DNA of 64,000 nt from the NCBI RefSeq assembly GCF_004010195.1, contig NC_057751.1:13540267-13604266 (forward strand). Direction: 5' to 3'. Made by a program: the position numbers and the translations under genes. Source of the stretch: Chiloscyllium plagiosum (Eukaryota). The notes beneath the pieces are model-generated. The model was not told the DNA's origin. It made no database searches and was given only the letters and a program-made list of their open reading frames with translations. Each line of letters begins with the position of its first letter. Position 1 is the stretch's first letter. Below are positions 1 through 13,085 of the stretch, piece after piece.

Positions 1-323
1 ATAGACAAAGTCTTTTCCCTGGGGTGGTGGAGACCAGAACTAGAGGGCATAGGTTTAGGGTGAGAGGGGAAAGATATAAAAGGGACCTAAGGTTTTCACG
101 CAGAGGGTGGTACGTGTATGGAATGAGCTGCCAGAGGATGTAGTGAAGGCTGGTACAATTGCAACATTTAAGAGGCATTTGGATGGGTATATGAATAGAA
201 AAGGTTTGGAGAGATATGGGCCGGGTGCTGGCAGGTGGGACTAGATTGGGTTGGGATATCTGGTCAGCATGGACGGGTTGGACCGAAGGGTCTGTTTCCA
301 TGCTGTACATGTCTATGACTCTA
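1..323 (+). mobile_element. CR1/HER1-like LINE 3' end (young)
   Basis: ORF2 C-terminal coding sequence (...FTQRVVRVWNELPEDVV...), 3' UTR and CTATGACTCTA tail; nearly identical to 16652-16983. Confidence 0.9.
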
Positions 324-539
324 AAAGAGAACAGAATGCAGAATAACTTCACCTGTCTAAAAAACCAGCAGATTATACCAATACTTGCAACAATCCCCAT
401 AAACACCCGTTAGTACAAAACGTAAAATCAAAAGCAGGATCATAAGGAGAGAGATGTCAGACAGAGTGGATCAGCATGTACCCGCTTCTTTCCAGTGTTT
501 GCTTCTTGGATCAGCAGGCTCAAAACCGACTGCCTGCTT

Positions 540-795
540 TCAGTGAACAGCCAGACTTCCAAAGCCAAACCAAACCAGAGAAAAGCTGAGCTGGGAGAAC
601 TGGCTACTCCCCTTTTCATTGAACAAGTGTTTTTTTTTTAACTTGAAAGCCTTTTTCCTGAGGCAGCATTTGTTAACTATAACCAAACTGGCCCTAAATT
701 CCATCCAAGCCAGACTTTTCGGAATTGCTGCTTTTACAACCTCTCTGAAAAAAAGCAAGGACAGCATAACCTTGTTAAATGAGCAGCATCATCAC
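540..795 (-). mobile_element. LTR fragment (5' part)
   Basis: Starts TGTGATGA on the minus strand; homologous to 27490-27758 and similar to the LTR start at 57964. Confidence 0.55.
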
Positions 796-2752
796 AAACT
801 AAACTCTTTGAAGACCCTCCATAGCCATTCCAATGGTTCTTAACCAGACTTACGAATAACCAGACCCAGACTTTGCAAACATTAAATCCAGACACCAATC
901 CTGTATCTTAAACAAAAGACCTAATTTATAAAATTGACTATACCATTAACAGAGAAAATTAAACAAGACATTCTATTTAATGTCAATGTTTTAAACCCAA
1001 AACGTTTGCTTTCAGCCCCCATTCACACAAAACACACAAAAGATTAACAAACACACTACTTAAGTGATAAATAAAAGAAAATAACAAAACTGACCAGTAT
1101 CAACTTTTGTTTCCATTAATATCCGATATGCATCGGTAGTTATGCCCTATCAAAGATTTTCATTCCATGTCTCAGAAATCAGTAGCGGAGAGCAAGATGT
1201 TGAAACTGTTGCTTGTCATATATAACAGAAAACTGAATAAGTTTGAATACATACTTCATTTACATAGCACTGAAATACCTAATTTATTACATATATAGAG
1301 CAAGCTTTGTATACCTCTTGAATTACCCTTGATCATATTGTGTCAGGAGATTTGCTTTACATGAATTTATGTGTCAATGCATTTTTCAAGTATGTTATTG
1401 ACACTTAGTGTGAGGAGCTAGTGAGAGCACAATGGAGGAAGAAACCTGTGTTCAGTTGGAATTCCCCTTCACCGGAGTCTCATACCCACTGCCGAATGCA
1501 ATGTAGGAAACATTTCAACGGCCTAATCATGTCAGGAATGGCGAGTAGAAGTACAAAATCCTGCAGGTGCATCACCCCATCCACTCACCTTGCCTTCTCA
1601 AATGTGCTCCTTGATATCACAGGATGAGATGAAGCTGGGGAACCAGTAGGCCAATTAGCTCAAATATTTTCACCCTGTCCCCAGCACTTCCACATCCAAC
1701 CCTGACCCTTATATTACTGAACTGAGGCTCAACCTCAAATATCTTGATTTAATGCGTTAACTTCTTTTTCAATTCCAATTCCTCCAAATTGCATTTGGAA
1801 TTGCACTTTTAAATACTGCAGTTGAGATCAAGTTATTTGAGCTCCCAGCACTCTAGCTACCACTGATTGGATGGCAAATTCAGTGAAATTCTGATTAAAT
1901 GATTCACCAAAATGCAACTGTTTCAGGTTTCCCACAGAACACAGGACTTTCAGGTGTCTGTCATATCTTCCAGATATATCAGGGTCAGAGTATGCAACTT
2001 TGGATGTTGACAACACCACAGATTTTCAACAACATTTAGGAACAAGCTATTTGCCTACTCAAAAAGCTCAGTGACATAAAGCAAAATCATAGAGAGCAAA
2101 TCTCTGGGAAACTAAAATTCAAGACCCACTGGCAAGGCGTGAAAGTCAAGCATCTTGATGAGTGTTTTGCTGTTTCTTCACACTTCACAGGCAGCAACAA
2201 CAGATGTTGCTGGCAGGAACTGAAAAAAACATTCCTCTTCAAGCTCCATTCCATTTGCCATAGAAGCTGCTAGTGAGAGTTCTTAAAGGGAAGTCATTGA
2301 AAAGCAATACATTATGTGTAATGCACTGAGAGCCTTCCCCAAACAATTAAGAATATCCCAGCAGTCAGGGCAGAGATTTCAACAATGTACCTTAACCTCG
2401 ACTTCGGATTGTGTACAGAATCAAGGAAAAGTAATTGGAAACAGTTGCAGTGGTGTGTGAACATGGTTGTCTGAGATAGTGTTGTGTGTTAAATCTCAGC
2501 TCCTCAGTTAGGTCACATAAGTATTAATCATTTGCACAATGTTCCTATCTTTTGCATTGCGGGATGGTGGATGACTAATCACTTTTAAAAATTTGTTTTA
2601 TGATGATGGTGATCTTGAATAATGGAGGCAACTGTGAGTGCTATAAAAGGGTAATTATTTATTTGTAAGAATGTTTGTTGTCAGTGACATTGGAATATAT
2701 AGGTGCAGGTGTTGTTAACACACTGAAGACTTCGCTCCACTAATATAATCTA

Positions 2753-3354
2753 CACACTCACACACACACCCTCTCACAGATTTATACCCCTTTACACTCA
2801 CACTCACACATATACACACACTCTCACAGACACTCATAAACCCCTAACCCAACACACACCCACATGCACACTTACACACACATATAAGTTTGGGGGCTGA
2901 ATTTGCACTTGCAGAATTACATTTTACTTTACTCAAAAACTGCATGAATCCATGTAAGATTCTGTAAATCCATTTTTTTAGACTAGAATTAGTCTGACCC
3001 TTGTGGCACAGACATTCTCACACAGGTCAGCTCACATCTTCAATGCATTATCTGGGCTGACATGACACCAATTGTGAAAGTTTACTTGAGAATGTAATTT
3101 TTAAAAAGGTTTTGCAATTTACATATAAAAGAACTGAAACCGACATGGTCGTTCTAAAAGATAAGAGACTTAACGAACAACCCAGGTCCTTTTCAATACA
3201 TGATTTTGGTTACATCACACTGTGAACTTTGGCTATAAATTCTATGTCTTACAATCTTATACTCCACAACCACCTGATGAAGGAGCAGCGCTCCGAAAGC
3301 TAGTGCTTCCAAATAAACCTGTTGGACTATAAACTGGTGTTGAGTGGTTTTTTA
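2753..3354 (+). mobile_element. Penelope-like 3' fragment (family A) with CA-rich tract and hammerhead
   Basis: Homologous to 8235-8774 and 44703-44822; TSD ACTAAT(A/G)TAATCTA at 2739-2752 and 3355-3368. Confidence 0.75.
3271..3305 (+). ncRNA. Minimal type I hammerhead ribozyme motif
   Basis: CAC-CTGATGA-A-GGAGC(AGC)GCTCC-GAAAGCTA-GTG: both conserved boxes, helix II, palindromic AGCT helix III, helix I CAC/GTG. Confidence 0.7.
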
Positions 3355-4521
3355 ACTAATGTAATCTAAGTCAACCTCACACTAACAGGGGCATTCTCGG
3401 CCTCTTAGTCCATTGCTGCAGGCACTTTATATTTTAATTACTATCCTCTTCCCCCCACTTTGAATCTTCTGAGAAGGAGTTTTGTACCTCCTTGGATCCA
3501 ATGTTAAATTCAAAACTTTTATAAATATTTATCTAATGGGGCAATTAACAGATGCTAATTGCCAATGATATTCCTCAAGATTAATGTGCATATACAGCCT
3601 CATGTGTTGAAATTAAAGTGGGCAAATTGGAGCCACCTTACAAAAGCAGTCATTTCTCTGGTTTTATCCCTATACTCACTTTCATGTCTTCGATGTGAAA
3701 ATTCACTCATCTTTATCAGTCGCACCAAAAGGAAAATCTTGTAATGTATTTTGCACTTTTTAAAAAAAGGCTTCAATTACAAATATGTTTAGGTCTGGCC
3801 CTAGACTGAGGTCTTGTTGGCAATGTCTCTCTCTGAAAAATCAGAAGACTTTCATAATGGTTAAATAGTTGTGAATCTGGTTATAAAGCCAATGACAAGA
3901 AGCGAGTTTAGAAGAGTCTCCCTATCAGCCATACTGGATGTAAAATAGCACTACTCTGCTATAGCTTCTGGTGACATCCAGGAAAAACCAGCTGCAGAAA
4001 CAACATAAGCACGTTTACTCTGCCTCAACAGGTACAGGAAGCTTCTAAGTCAGCAGCGGCCACCCTCTGTGTGTCACATTACAGAATTAATATCTCCTAA
4101 TCCAGGAAACGAGGTGAAGTTATTATGAAATCAGAGCAGCAGGCAAATATCCAGCTCCATTTTGACGTATAGGTTTTTACATTTTCTGAAACGACGTAAT
4201 GACATAGTACAAAATCTGCACAACTCAGCTGTTTGCTAAATTACTGTGACTTTAACTGATTTAAATTCACTTGTGCAGCAGAGTAGGAAATCATTGAGCT
4301 CCTAATGAACAGTTAATAAATATTCCCTGTGCCATGAATTCATCTTTCTGATAAAAGCGTTACAAATTAGTTTTGTGATTTCTTATGGCCAAATCTCAAA
4401 TCCCTCTATGGCTTTCACTTGATTTGTACCCCAACATTCTCAAACCTGTTGTATCCAATCACCCTTTAGTCCTCCAAAGGTGGTTTCTTGTGAATCATTC
4501 TCTTTTTTTCATCATAGCATT

Positions 4522-4802
4522 AGGTGTGCAGTGATCGGAAGACCTGGGCCAATCAGGGAGCCTGGCTGACAAATATAAACAGGAGATTTAGAGAATCTTC
4601 TCATTTGAGGGACTGGCTTGGAGCTGGCTGGTCACAGCCTATGTACTGTGAGGAGCTGGTGCAAGTGACTGCAAAAAAAGTAAACAGGAGATCCAGAAGG
4701 TCTCCTCAGTCTCGGGACTGACTTGGATCTGGCTTGTCACAGCTTATGTACTGTGCATATGTAAATAAAGGGTGACTTAGTGATGGGGTACCAGCCTCTG
4801 GG
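4522..4802 (+). mobile_element. Gypsy-type solo LTR remnant with internal tandem duplication
   Basis: CCAAT, TATAAA and AATAAA motifs; shares GTAAATAAAGGGTGACTT-GTGA with the LTR at about 53960-54158; the ACAGGAGAT...TATGTACTGTG block occurs twice at about 105-nt spacing. Confidence 0.6.
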
Positions 4803-4873
4803 TTCTGGCTAGATGAATGTCAGAATATTTGGTGAGCTCCATCTCAACATCAAGATCATCTTGCTGCATTTTT

Positions 4874-5194
4874 TAGATTCGATTAGATTAGATTATCTTC
4901 AGTGTGGAAACAGGCCATTCAGCCCAACAAGTCCACACCGACCCTCCGAACAGTAACCCACCCAGACCCATTTCCCTTTGACTAATGCACCGAACATTAT
5001 GGGCAATTTAGCATGGCCAATTCACCTATCCTGCACATCTTTGGATTGTGGGAGGAAACTGTAATACCCTGAGGAAACCCACGCAGACACAGGAAGAATG
5101 TGCAAACTCCACACAGTTATCTGAGGCTGGAATCGAACTCGGGTCCCTGGTGCTGTGAGGCAGCAGTGCTAACCACTGAGCCACCGTGCTGCCC
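4874..5194 (-). mobile_element. HE1-type tRNA-derived V-SINE, full length
   Basis: A box (GGTGGCTCAGTGG), B box (GAGTTCGATTCC), V-domain core and (AATCT)n tail on the minus strand. Confidence 0.9.
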
Positions 5195-5404
5195 CTTACA
5201 TGCACCTTCCATCCATGGACAAGTAATGATGCTTATTTTTATAACTTTCATATTTTTACATTTGTTTATTAGATGGTCATAAACGATCTCAAATAAGTAG
5301 GCAAAGCTAAAATTACTCCACATGATTGACTTCTTACGGATTTTCCCTTCGCCACATGATTTACAAAGGGCACTTGTGTAACTCACATTGCAATTCAATT
5401 TTAG

Positions 5405-6070
5405 ACCCTGGGTAGTGTTGTAGAATAGAGACTTAGGAGTTCAGGTACATAATTCTTTGAAATTTGCTTCACAAGTAGAGAGGGTGGTTAAGAAGACAAT
5501 TAGCATGCTTGCCTTCATTGCTCAGACCTCTGAGTATAGGAGTTGGGATGTCGTGCTGAGATTGTACAGGTGAGGCCTCTTCTGAAGTACCGCATGCAGT
5601 TTTCGTTGCCCTGATATCAGAAGGATATTATAAAACTGAAACAAGTTCAGAAAAATTTGCCAGGATTTTGTCGGAAATGGAAAGTTTGAGTTATAAAAAT
5701 AGGCTGGATAGGCTGGGACTTTTTTCACGAGTCGTAGGTTGAGGGGTGAACTTATCAAGGCATAGATAAGGTGAATAGTAAGGATCTTTTTCCCTAGAAT
5801 AGGGGAGTTCAAAACTAGGAGTCTTATTTTTAAGGTGAGAGGAGGAAGATTTAAAAAGCACCTGAGGGACAACTTTTTCACACAGAGAGTGGTTCATGTG
5901 TGAAATGAATGCCAGAGGAAATGGTGGATGCAAGTATAGTTACAACATTTAAAAGACATTTGAATAAGCTCATGAATAGGAAAGATTTGGAGAGATATGG
6001 GCCAAACGTATGCAAGTGGAATTAGTTTCGTTTTGGTACATGGTCGGTGTGGGTAGTTAGATCAAAGAGC
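5405..6070 (+). mobile_element. CR1-like LINE 3' fragment
   Basis: Degenerate ORF2 C-terminus (LGVQVHNSLK..., NFFTQRVVHV*NE) and 3' UTR. Confidence 0.85.
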
Positions 6071-6202
6071 TGTCTGACTTGTTACTGTATCTGAGGTTCC
6101 CAGTTATCATTGCCTGCAAAATAATTACTTGTAGTACTGAAATAAGCTTTTCAAGAACGAAGTACAATGTGAGAAAAATATTTTCAGTCTAACAATTACC
6201 TT

Positions 6203-6223
6203 GGGGGGGGGGGGGGGGGGGGG
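6203..6223. repeat. Poly-G run (21 nt)
   Basis: Read directly from the sequence. Confidence 0.9.
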
Positions 6224-6599
6224 CGTCCATGACCTTCTGATTATCACATGTAAGCCAAACCCAGGAATTTCATCTAGAATCGAGAGCAAATGGTTTCCAA
6301 ACCAGCATGGATCTTACCTCCAATATGATCTTCTGGAATTTCAGCCAAAAGAAACATTAAGACGGGGCTAAATTGGATAACCCACAAAAATGGGCATCAG
6401 TATCATAATGTGTATACCCATTTGATGCAATGCAGGCAGCATGACATCTTGTTGCTGCCTGATTACTAAGATGATTTCTGCATGCAGCCAGCACAAACTA
6501 CACTGTTGATTTGCTGCATGCATTCGCAAGAAATCTAAAATCACTACCTGCTACTGTGAACTGGAAGATACATCATTGCTGGATCAAGCGCTGAGACTT

Positions 6600-6830
6600 C
6601 TTTGTGTCCGCAGAAAAACAAAGAAATGGCTGAACATGGAAAAGTGCAGGGAATCATGCTGCAAGGACGTCTTGATAAGAGATGGTGTAAGGAGAGCAAT
6701 CGAGTATTCCCAAGGGGCCAGGAGGCCTTCCAGGCACGGAGTTAAAAGCCAGTGGGAACAATTAAGCGTTTAAGAAGCTATAGCAATTCAGGTCAACGAC
6801 GTGAACGCAGTTCAAGAATTTAACTACCTC
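6600..6830 (+). mobile_element. Degenerate Myb/SANT-like coding fragment (PIF/Harbinger-type)
   Basis: ...SQGARRPSRHGVKSQWEQLS... resembles the Harbinger Myb-like protein motif; similar to 35538-35697. Confidence 0.45.
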
Positions 6831-6992
6831 ATAACAGCCTTCTTTGATCATTTGACTGCTTTCAATTATTGTGCATATTGAAGTCACAATCATTCGTGTG
6901 TATGAGGAAGGATGGAAAAGAAAAGAAACAAGCAAAAGTAGTTGTGAATGGGGGAGAATCGCAGTGATGGGAATAGGCTGCTCCAAAATGTT

Positions 6993-7452
6993 CTGGATTA
7001 GTGGTGCTGGAAGAGCACAGCAGTTCAGGCAGCATCCGAGGACAGGCAAAATCGACGTTTCGGGCAAAAGCCCTTCATCAGGAATGGTGGAAAACGAGCT
7101 AGGCAGGTCGGACAAGTCAAGGAGACAGTGTTGAGCTGGAGGTTAGAAACTAGGATGAGGTGGGGGACGGGGAAATGAGGAAGCTGTGGAAGTCCACATT
7201 GATGCCCTGGGGTTGAAGTGTTCCGAGGCGGAAGATGAGGCGTTCTTCTTCCATGGTGGTGAGGGAGCGGCGGTGGAGGAGGCCCAGCACCTCCATATCC
7301 TCGGCAGAGGGGGAGGGGGAGTTGAAATGTTGGGCCACGGGGCAGTTTGGTTGATTGGTGCGTGTGTCTCGGAGATGTTCCCCGAAGCACTCTGCTAGGA
7401 GGCGCCCAGTCTCCCCGATGTAGAGGAGACCGCATCGGGAGCAACGGATACA
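6993..7452 (-). mobile_element. Penelope-like (Neptune-type, family B) GIY-YIG endonuclease 3' fragment
   Basis: CIRCSRCGLLYIGETGR...EHLRD...VAQHFNS...EEERLIFRLGTLQPQGINVDF; TSD TCCAAAATGTT at 6982-6992 and 7453-7463. Confidence 0.9.
7051..7085 (-). ncRNA. Minimal type I hammerhead ribozyme motif
   Basis: ATTC-CTGATGA-A-GGGC(TTTT)GCCC-GAAACGTC-GAT on the minus strand. Confidence 0.7.
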
Positions 7453-8234
7453 TCCAAAATGTTGCCAATCAGGTCCTGCAGGCTTTGTCATGCATGTCAT
7501 GAGTCAATGGCAAACAAAAAAATCCACAGAGTATCATCATGCCCAAGAACATGCAAATATTCAATTCCTCAAAAATGTTCTTCTGTATATGTCAATGCCA
7601 TAATTTTTACCGAAACGTTTGGTCTCTATAATGCCCACTCCACTTTTTATTGTGATGAAAAGTGTGTAGTGTATCTTTATTGTATTTTTGGATTTGGATT
7701 TTACAATAAACGCAGCTCATCTTGCAACAGTACTGTGAACATAATTTTTTAAAAATGAAAATCAGGAAGTAATTTTGAGTAGTGACCCAAGTTCATCAAT
7801 TCGAAGAAAGGATATGGTGGCAATTAAATGGCTGGCAGCACCCATGATGGTGTTCATGTACAGAATGTTTACACTGCTAAGTTTAAAACAGATCAGAAAG
7901 CTATAAGTTTTATGATGGCTTTAGAAAGTTGTGTCTGTACTGAAGAAAGCAGCAGTTCAATTCAGAAGGTCGAACCATTTTTCTCAGCAAGCTTTTAATT
8001 CAGAAAAGCTAGTCATTTTCACCAAGATGCTTTAGTGCACAGAACTGCCAAGCTGGGAGTTTGAATAGGAATCTTCAAGTTCTTAAAACTGAAGTTTATA
8101 GACCATCAGCATTTTGAAAAGTTCATGCCAGCAGATTTGGAAAGGAACATACATTGAAAGATGACAGCAAAGTCAAAATCTAAGAGCTCAGAAACAGACT
8201 GAAAGTTCTCTGGAACAGAGTCTTTGAAAAGGAG

Positions 8235-8774
8235 TACAAAGTTAAAAATCACACAACACCAGGTTATAGTCCAACAGGTTTATTTGGAAGCACTAACTGT
8301 TGGAGCGCTGCTCCTTCATCAGGTGGTTGTGGAGAACAAAATTGTAAGACACAGAATTTATAGCTAAAGTTTACAGTGTGATGTAACTGAAATTATGTAT
8401 TGAAAAAGAACCTGGATTGTTCGTTAAGTCTTTCATCTTTTAGAACGACAGTGTTGGTTTCAGTTCATTCATATGTATTCACAAAACTTCTTTAAAAGTT
8501 ACATTCTCAAGTGAACTTTAACAATTGGTGTCATGTCGGTCCAGATAATGCATGACAAACAATCCAGGTCTTTTTCAATATATAATTTCAGTTACATCAC
8601 ACTGTAAACTTTTGCTATAAAATCTGTGCCTTACAATCTTATACTCCACAACCACCTGATGAAGGAGCAGCGCACCGAAGCTAGTGCTTCCAAATAAACC
8701 TGGTGGACTGTAACCTGGTGTTGTGTGATTTTTAACTTTGTACACCCCAGTCCAACACTGGTGTCTCCAAATTC
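8235..8774. mobile_element. Penelope-like family A fold-back insertion
   Basis: Minus arm 8235-about 8553 and plus arm about 8554-8774 are reverse complements, each with a degenerate hammerhead; TSD TGAAAAGGAG at 8225-8234 and 8775-8784. Confidence 0.8.
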
Positions 8775-8959
8775 TGAAAAGGAGAATGTTGGGAAACAGA
8801 TTGAAGTTTTGTTTTGCTGTAGATGGGAATATCTTTCTGGCTATTTTAGGTATCAAGCTTTTTTGGTGTGTGTAATAAACTTATGATCTGTTATTTGAGA
8901 ATGTCGGCAGCCTTATGTGAATATATTTCCATGACTAAACACAATAGCATTGCTATGGT

Positions 8960-9620
8960 GTGTTGTAGCAGCTCGGCATGCGGTCTCCTGCCCAGAGCTC
9001 ATCTGCTGCAAACACTCTGACGTTTTCTTTCTTCCTTCACAGCTTTTGTTTTCTTACTTGAACTTATTTATCTTCCATGGAGAATTCGAGCCAGCACGTG
9101 GAGGGGGAGCGAGAGAGTGTACCCAACATGGAGGAGAGTGAGACAGCATGGGGAAGAACAAGAGCTTGAAACCAAAACAGAGGAGAATGCACCCAACGTG
9201 ATCAAGGTGCCCGGACATCTGTGGCAGAACAAAAGCAGGCAGCCTGAAGTCTCCCGGCATCTGCAGTGGCATCAAGCGTGGGGAGATTGAACCCACCGCA
9301 GAGGAGATCAAGCCCATCATGGGGGAGATGGAACCCTTGTGGGGAGTGCAAGCCCAGCATGGCGAAGCACATAAGAAGGACTGCAAGGTTGGATTTTTAA
9401 TTTTATTTCTTTATTTTTCTACTTGATAGAAAGCAGGAATTTAATGTTGAACTTATAAGTATATTTCCTTAATTTTCTAGTTTGTATCTAAGATTATGTA
9501 TCTTGGTACCTTTGTACCTCAGATGGCACCAGGAATGGTGACATTGTACACTTTTCAGTGTAGTCTTATATCCCTGTACTTGAGTACACATGACATTAAA
9601 ATCTAATTCTAATTCTAATT
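8960..9620 (+). mobile_element. Non-autonomous retroposon with Rex1-like 3' tail
   Basis: Ends GTACACATGACATTAAAATCTAATTCTAATTCTAATT, resembling the GTACATGTGACAATAAATTCAATTC end of the Rex1 copy at 63465; the body has short internal repeats and no RT similarity. Confidence 0.45.
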
Positions 9621-10019
9621 AGCTGGGATCCAAGCGACATGCTAATATTTGAAGTGAGTTATAAGTGGCTTTATATATTTCAGAATGTAATGCCAAAGGT
9701 AAAAATACAAATTCAGAGGAGTGACTTTCCATAAAATAACAACCATAAGTTCAAGAATTCCAACGTTTCTAATACTTTTCACTCATAGCATCGTGCAGGT
9801 AAATATTTAAGGAGATTTTCAATTCCTTCCAATGAAAATATATTCCAGAGTGTAAACATTTTGTAATGTGGGAAAAAATATTCACAGCTCAGCAAGGAAG
9901 TGAAAGATAACACAAAGCTAAAAACGTAGCTTCACCACACTGCAAAGACAAGTGGCAGACCAGAAGATCAGGAAACTTTTAAAGATTAACAAAGGGTTAC
10001 TTAAAAAGTAACATAATCT

Positions 10020-11735
10020 ATCAGAGTCAGTATGATTTTCTGAAGGGTAAATCGTGTTTCATTTATTTGCTTGAATTTTTTGAAGATGTAACAAGCAAAA
10101 TGGATAAAGGGATCTTGTAGATGTCATATATCTGGACATCCAGAAGGCATTTGATAAGGTGCCACGCAAAAGGTTAACATAAAAGATAAGTTCATATAGG
10201 TTACAGGTAATTTATTAGCTTGGACAGACATCTGACGAAAGAACAGAAAGCTGTAATTTGCAACAGATAGTCCTTTTTCTGTTGGCAATATTTAAGTAGT
10301 GGGATGCCACAGGACTTGGTAAAGTAGGTAATCAGAAAAGCAAATGGAATTTGGCATTAGTTGTGACAGGAAGAGAGTACCAAAGTAGGGAGGTGTTGAA
10401 GCACTTGAAAAAGTCATTATTGCGAGCACACCTCAAGTATTGCAAACAGTTTTGGTCCCCTTACTTGAGAAAGGATGTAGTTGCATTGGAGGCAGTTCAG
10501 AGGATTCCAGGGTTTGTCTTATGAAGAGAATTTGAGCAACTGATTGGCACAGACTGTTTGCAAGCAAAGGGATGACTGGCAAGTGGGGTGCTTTCAAAAG
10601 TAAGATAAAGAGAGTTCAGAGGAGGTATGTTCCTTTTAGTATGAAGGGTGAGGCTGGTAGATGCAAGAATAAAGATATTGAAACTCTGGTCAAGAATAAG
10701 AAGGTGGCAAATGTTAAGTAGAGACAACTGTGGTATCAAGTGAATCTCTTCAAGTATATAAGGTGTGCAGGGGCATTCTTAAGAGGGAAATCAGGGGGGC
10801 AATAAGGGGATATGGTAACCTTGGCAGATGTGGGTAAAGATAATTCAAAGAGATTCTTTCAGTACATTAAGGTGAATGCAGCCAATAGGGCCCTTAAAGA
10901 TCAACAAGGTCATCTGTGTGCGGAACCACAGGAGATGGGAGAGATACTAAAGGAATATTTCACGTCAATATTTACTGTGGAGAAAGACATGGAGGCGAGA
11001 AAAATCGGGGAAATAAATAGTCGAAAATAGCGCACATACCAGAAGAGGAGGGACTGGGGCCCTTAAAAACATACCGGTGGATTAATCTCTGTGACCTGAT
11101 CAAATGTATCCCAGGACGTTGTGGGAAGCTAGTGAAGTAATTTCAGGAACCCTAGCATGGACGTGTTACAACCAAGGGTCTGTTTCCATGCAGTATGACT
11201 CCATGACTCGACTTACTTGAGGTATATCAGATGCTAAAGGGGATTAAGTATGTAGACTTAGCGAGGATATTTCCTCTTGCAGGGTAATCTTGAATAACAG
11301 ATCATAGTTTTAGGATAAAGGCTTACAGATTTAAAAGGAGACATGAGGAGAAATTACTACTCTCAAAGGGTCACGAATCTGTGGAACTCACTCCCGCAGA
11401 GTGCGCTGGCTGCTGTGCCATTGAGTAAACTTAAGAAGGAGATCGACAGATTTTTAATTAGTTACAAGTTGTATCACAAGGTTTTGGAGAGCCAGCAGAA
11501 AAGTGGAGTTGTGGCCATGGCGAGATCACCCAGTCCTGAAGAAGGGTTACACCCGAAACATCGACTTCTCCATCTCCTGAAGCTGCCTGGTTTGCTGTGT
11601 TCTTCCAGCCTGCTGCCTGTCTGCTTTGGATTCCAGCATCTGCAGTTTTTTGTCTCTGACCAGGATTGTATGAATGACAGAGCAGACTCAAAGAGCTGAG
11701 GTGCCGATTCCTGCTCCTAATTCTTATGTTCTTAT
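10020..11735 (+). mobile_element. Cluster of nested CR1-like LINE fragments
   Basis: RT motifs (YLDIQKAFDKVP), ORF2 middle region (LKDQQGHLCAEPQEMGEILKEYF) and two 3' tails (ATGACTCCATGACTC; CTTATGTTCTTATG). Confidence 0.8.
11531..11660 (+). mobile_element. Short Penelope-like 3' end beginning at a hammerhead motif
   Basis: AGTC-CTGAAGA-A-GGGT(TAC)ACCC-GAAACATC-GACT at 11532-11566, followed by the shared CCAGCATCTGCAG terminus; inserted in a CR1 3' UTR. Confidence 0.75.
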
Positions 11736-12499
11736 GGTATTAAATCTTCACCTGAGTTACACCTAGACTGAGCAAAAATGTCTTCTCATCAAATATGTAC
11801 AGCATATATATTACTTACTTCAAGGACTTGAGTCGAAGGTTTTGTCACTGTTAGAAATGTGTTTCACTGCATAAACGGCCATACATAGGATTTTCAGAAG
11901 GAAGTCCTCAGTTGGACTTGATGACCTTTTCCTCTGTCCTTTTTGCAGGTTGGGAATGCCTAGTTTACAACCTCCTACGTCCTGAAATCGGGTTCCCATT
12001 TTAAATGGGGGACAAAAAGTGATTTTCTCCTGCACACTATTTTCACCTGGAAGTTTGTACTTGGAAGATCCTTGAAAGCATGTTAGTTCTACGGACCATG
12101 AAGTAAATGGAAAGGCAACGGATCAGTTTGGAATATTCTGAAAGGTAAGAGTGTTTTCACACCTTCAAATGTCACTGTCTGTAATGCCATGTTGATGTAT
12201 TTTTAACACTATAATTCAAAGAACAATGAAGAACAAAGAACATGCAGAACAGGAACAGGCTCTTCAGCCCACTAAGGCTGCACTGACGCATGATAACTTT
12301 CTACAATATAGATTTTTTCATAGAATCATAGAAGTGTGGAATCCCCACAGTGTGGAAAGAGGCCAATTGGCCCATTGAGTTTGCACCACCCATCTAAAAA
12401 GTATCCCATCCCAATCCAACCCACCACCGTATCCCTGTACCCCTGCAATCACCATGGATAATCCACTTAACCTTGGCCTCAAGGCTGCATTCAACCGAG

Positions 12500-12782
12500 C
12501 TTGGCCTCCAATCCTGACCTCTCCGCCCCACCCCCACTACGGCCTATCACCCTCACCTTAACCTCCTTCCATCTATCGCATTTCCAACGCCCCTCCCCCA
12601 AGTCCCTCCTCCCTACCTTTTATCTTAGCCTGCTTGGCACAACTCTTCTCATTCCTGAAGAAGGGCTCATGCCCAAAACGTCGATTCTCCTGCTCCTTGG
12701 ATGCTGCCTGACCAGCTGCGCTTTTCCAGCAACACATTTTCAGCTCTGATCTCCAGCATCTGCAGTCCTCACTTCCTCCTAG
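12500..12782 (+). mobile_element. Penelope-like family B 3' end
   Basis: C-rich tract, hammerhead with GAAA mutated to AAAA (12651-12685), and CTCCAGCATCTGCAGTCCTCACTT terminus. Confidence 0.8.
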
Positions 12783-13085
12783 ATCATTCAGCCCTCACAA
12801 AACTGAAATCAATGGGTATCAGGAGCAAATTCTCCTCTGGTTGGAGTCATACATGGCACATAGGAAAATGGTTGTGGTTGTGGGAGGTCAGTAATCTCAG
12901 CTTCAGGACATCTCTGCAGGAGTTCCTCAGAGTAGTGTCCTGGGCCAACCATCTTCAGCTGCTTCAAAAATGACCTTTCTTCCATCATAATGTCAGATGT
13001 GGGGATGGTTGCCTCTGATTGCACAATGGTGAGCACCATTTGCAACTCCTCAGATACTGAAGCAGTCCATGCTCAAATCGAACAA
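12783..13085 (+). mobile_element. CR1/L2-group LINE RT fragment (second family)
   Basis: GVPQSSVLGP-like and ...MVASDCTM (degenerate FADD) motifs; homologous to 33140-33950 and 36300-38080. Confidence 0.75.

Noticed and set aside
4874..5194. tRNA genes suggested by A/B boxes (also 25141, 34345, 47107)
   Set aside because: These are SINE heads continuing into SINE bodies and tails; no complete cloverleaf was seen.
6203..6223. Poly-G as a functional G-quadruplex
   Set aside because: Homopolymer length is error-prone and nothing in the context suggests function.
9100..9385. Spaced short repeats (CCCA-CATGG-GGAGA) resembling a CRISPR array
   Set aside because: Degenerate, irregularly spaced, inside a retroposon in vertebrate DNA, with no cas genes.
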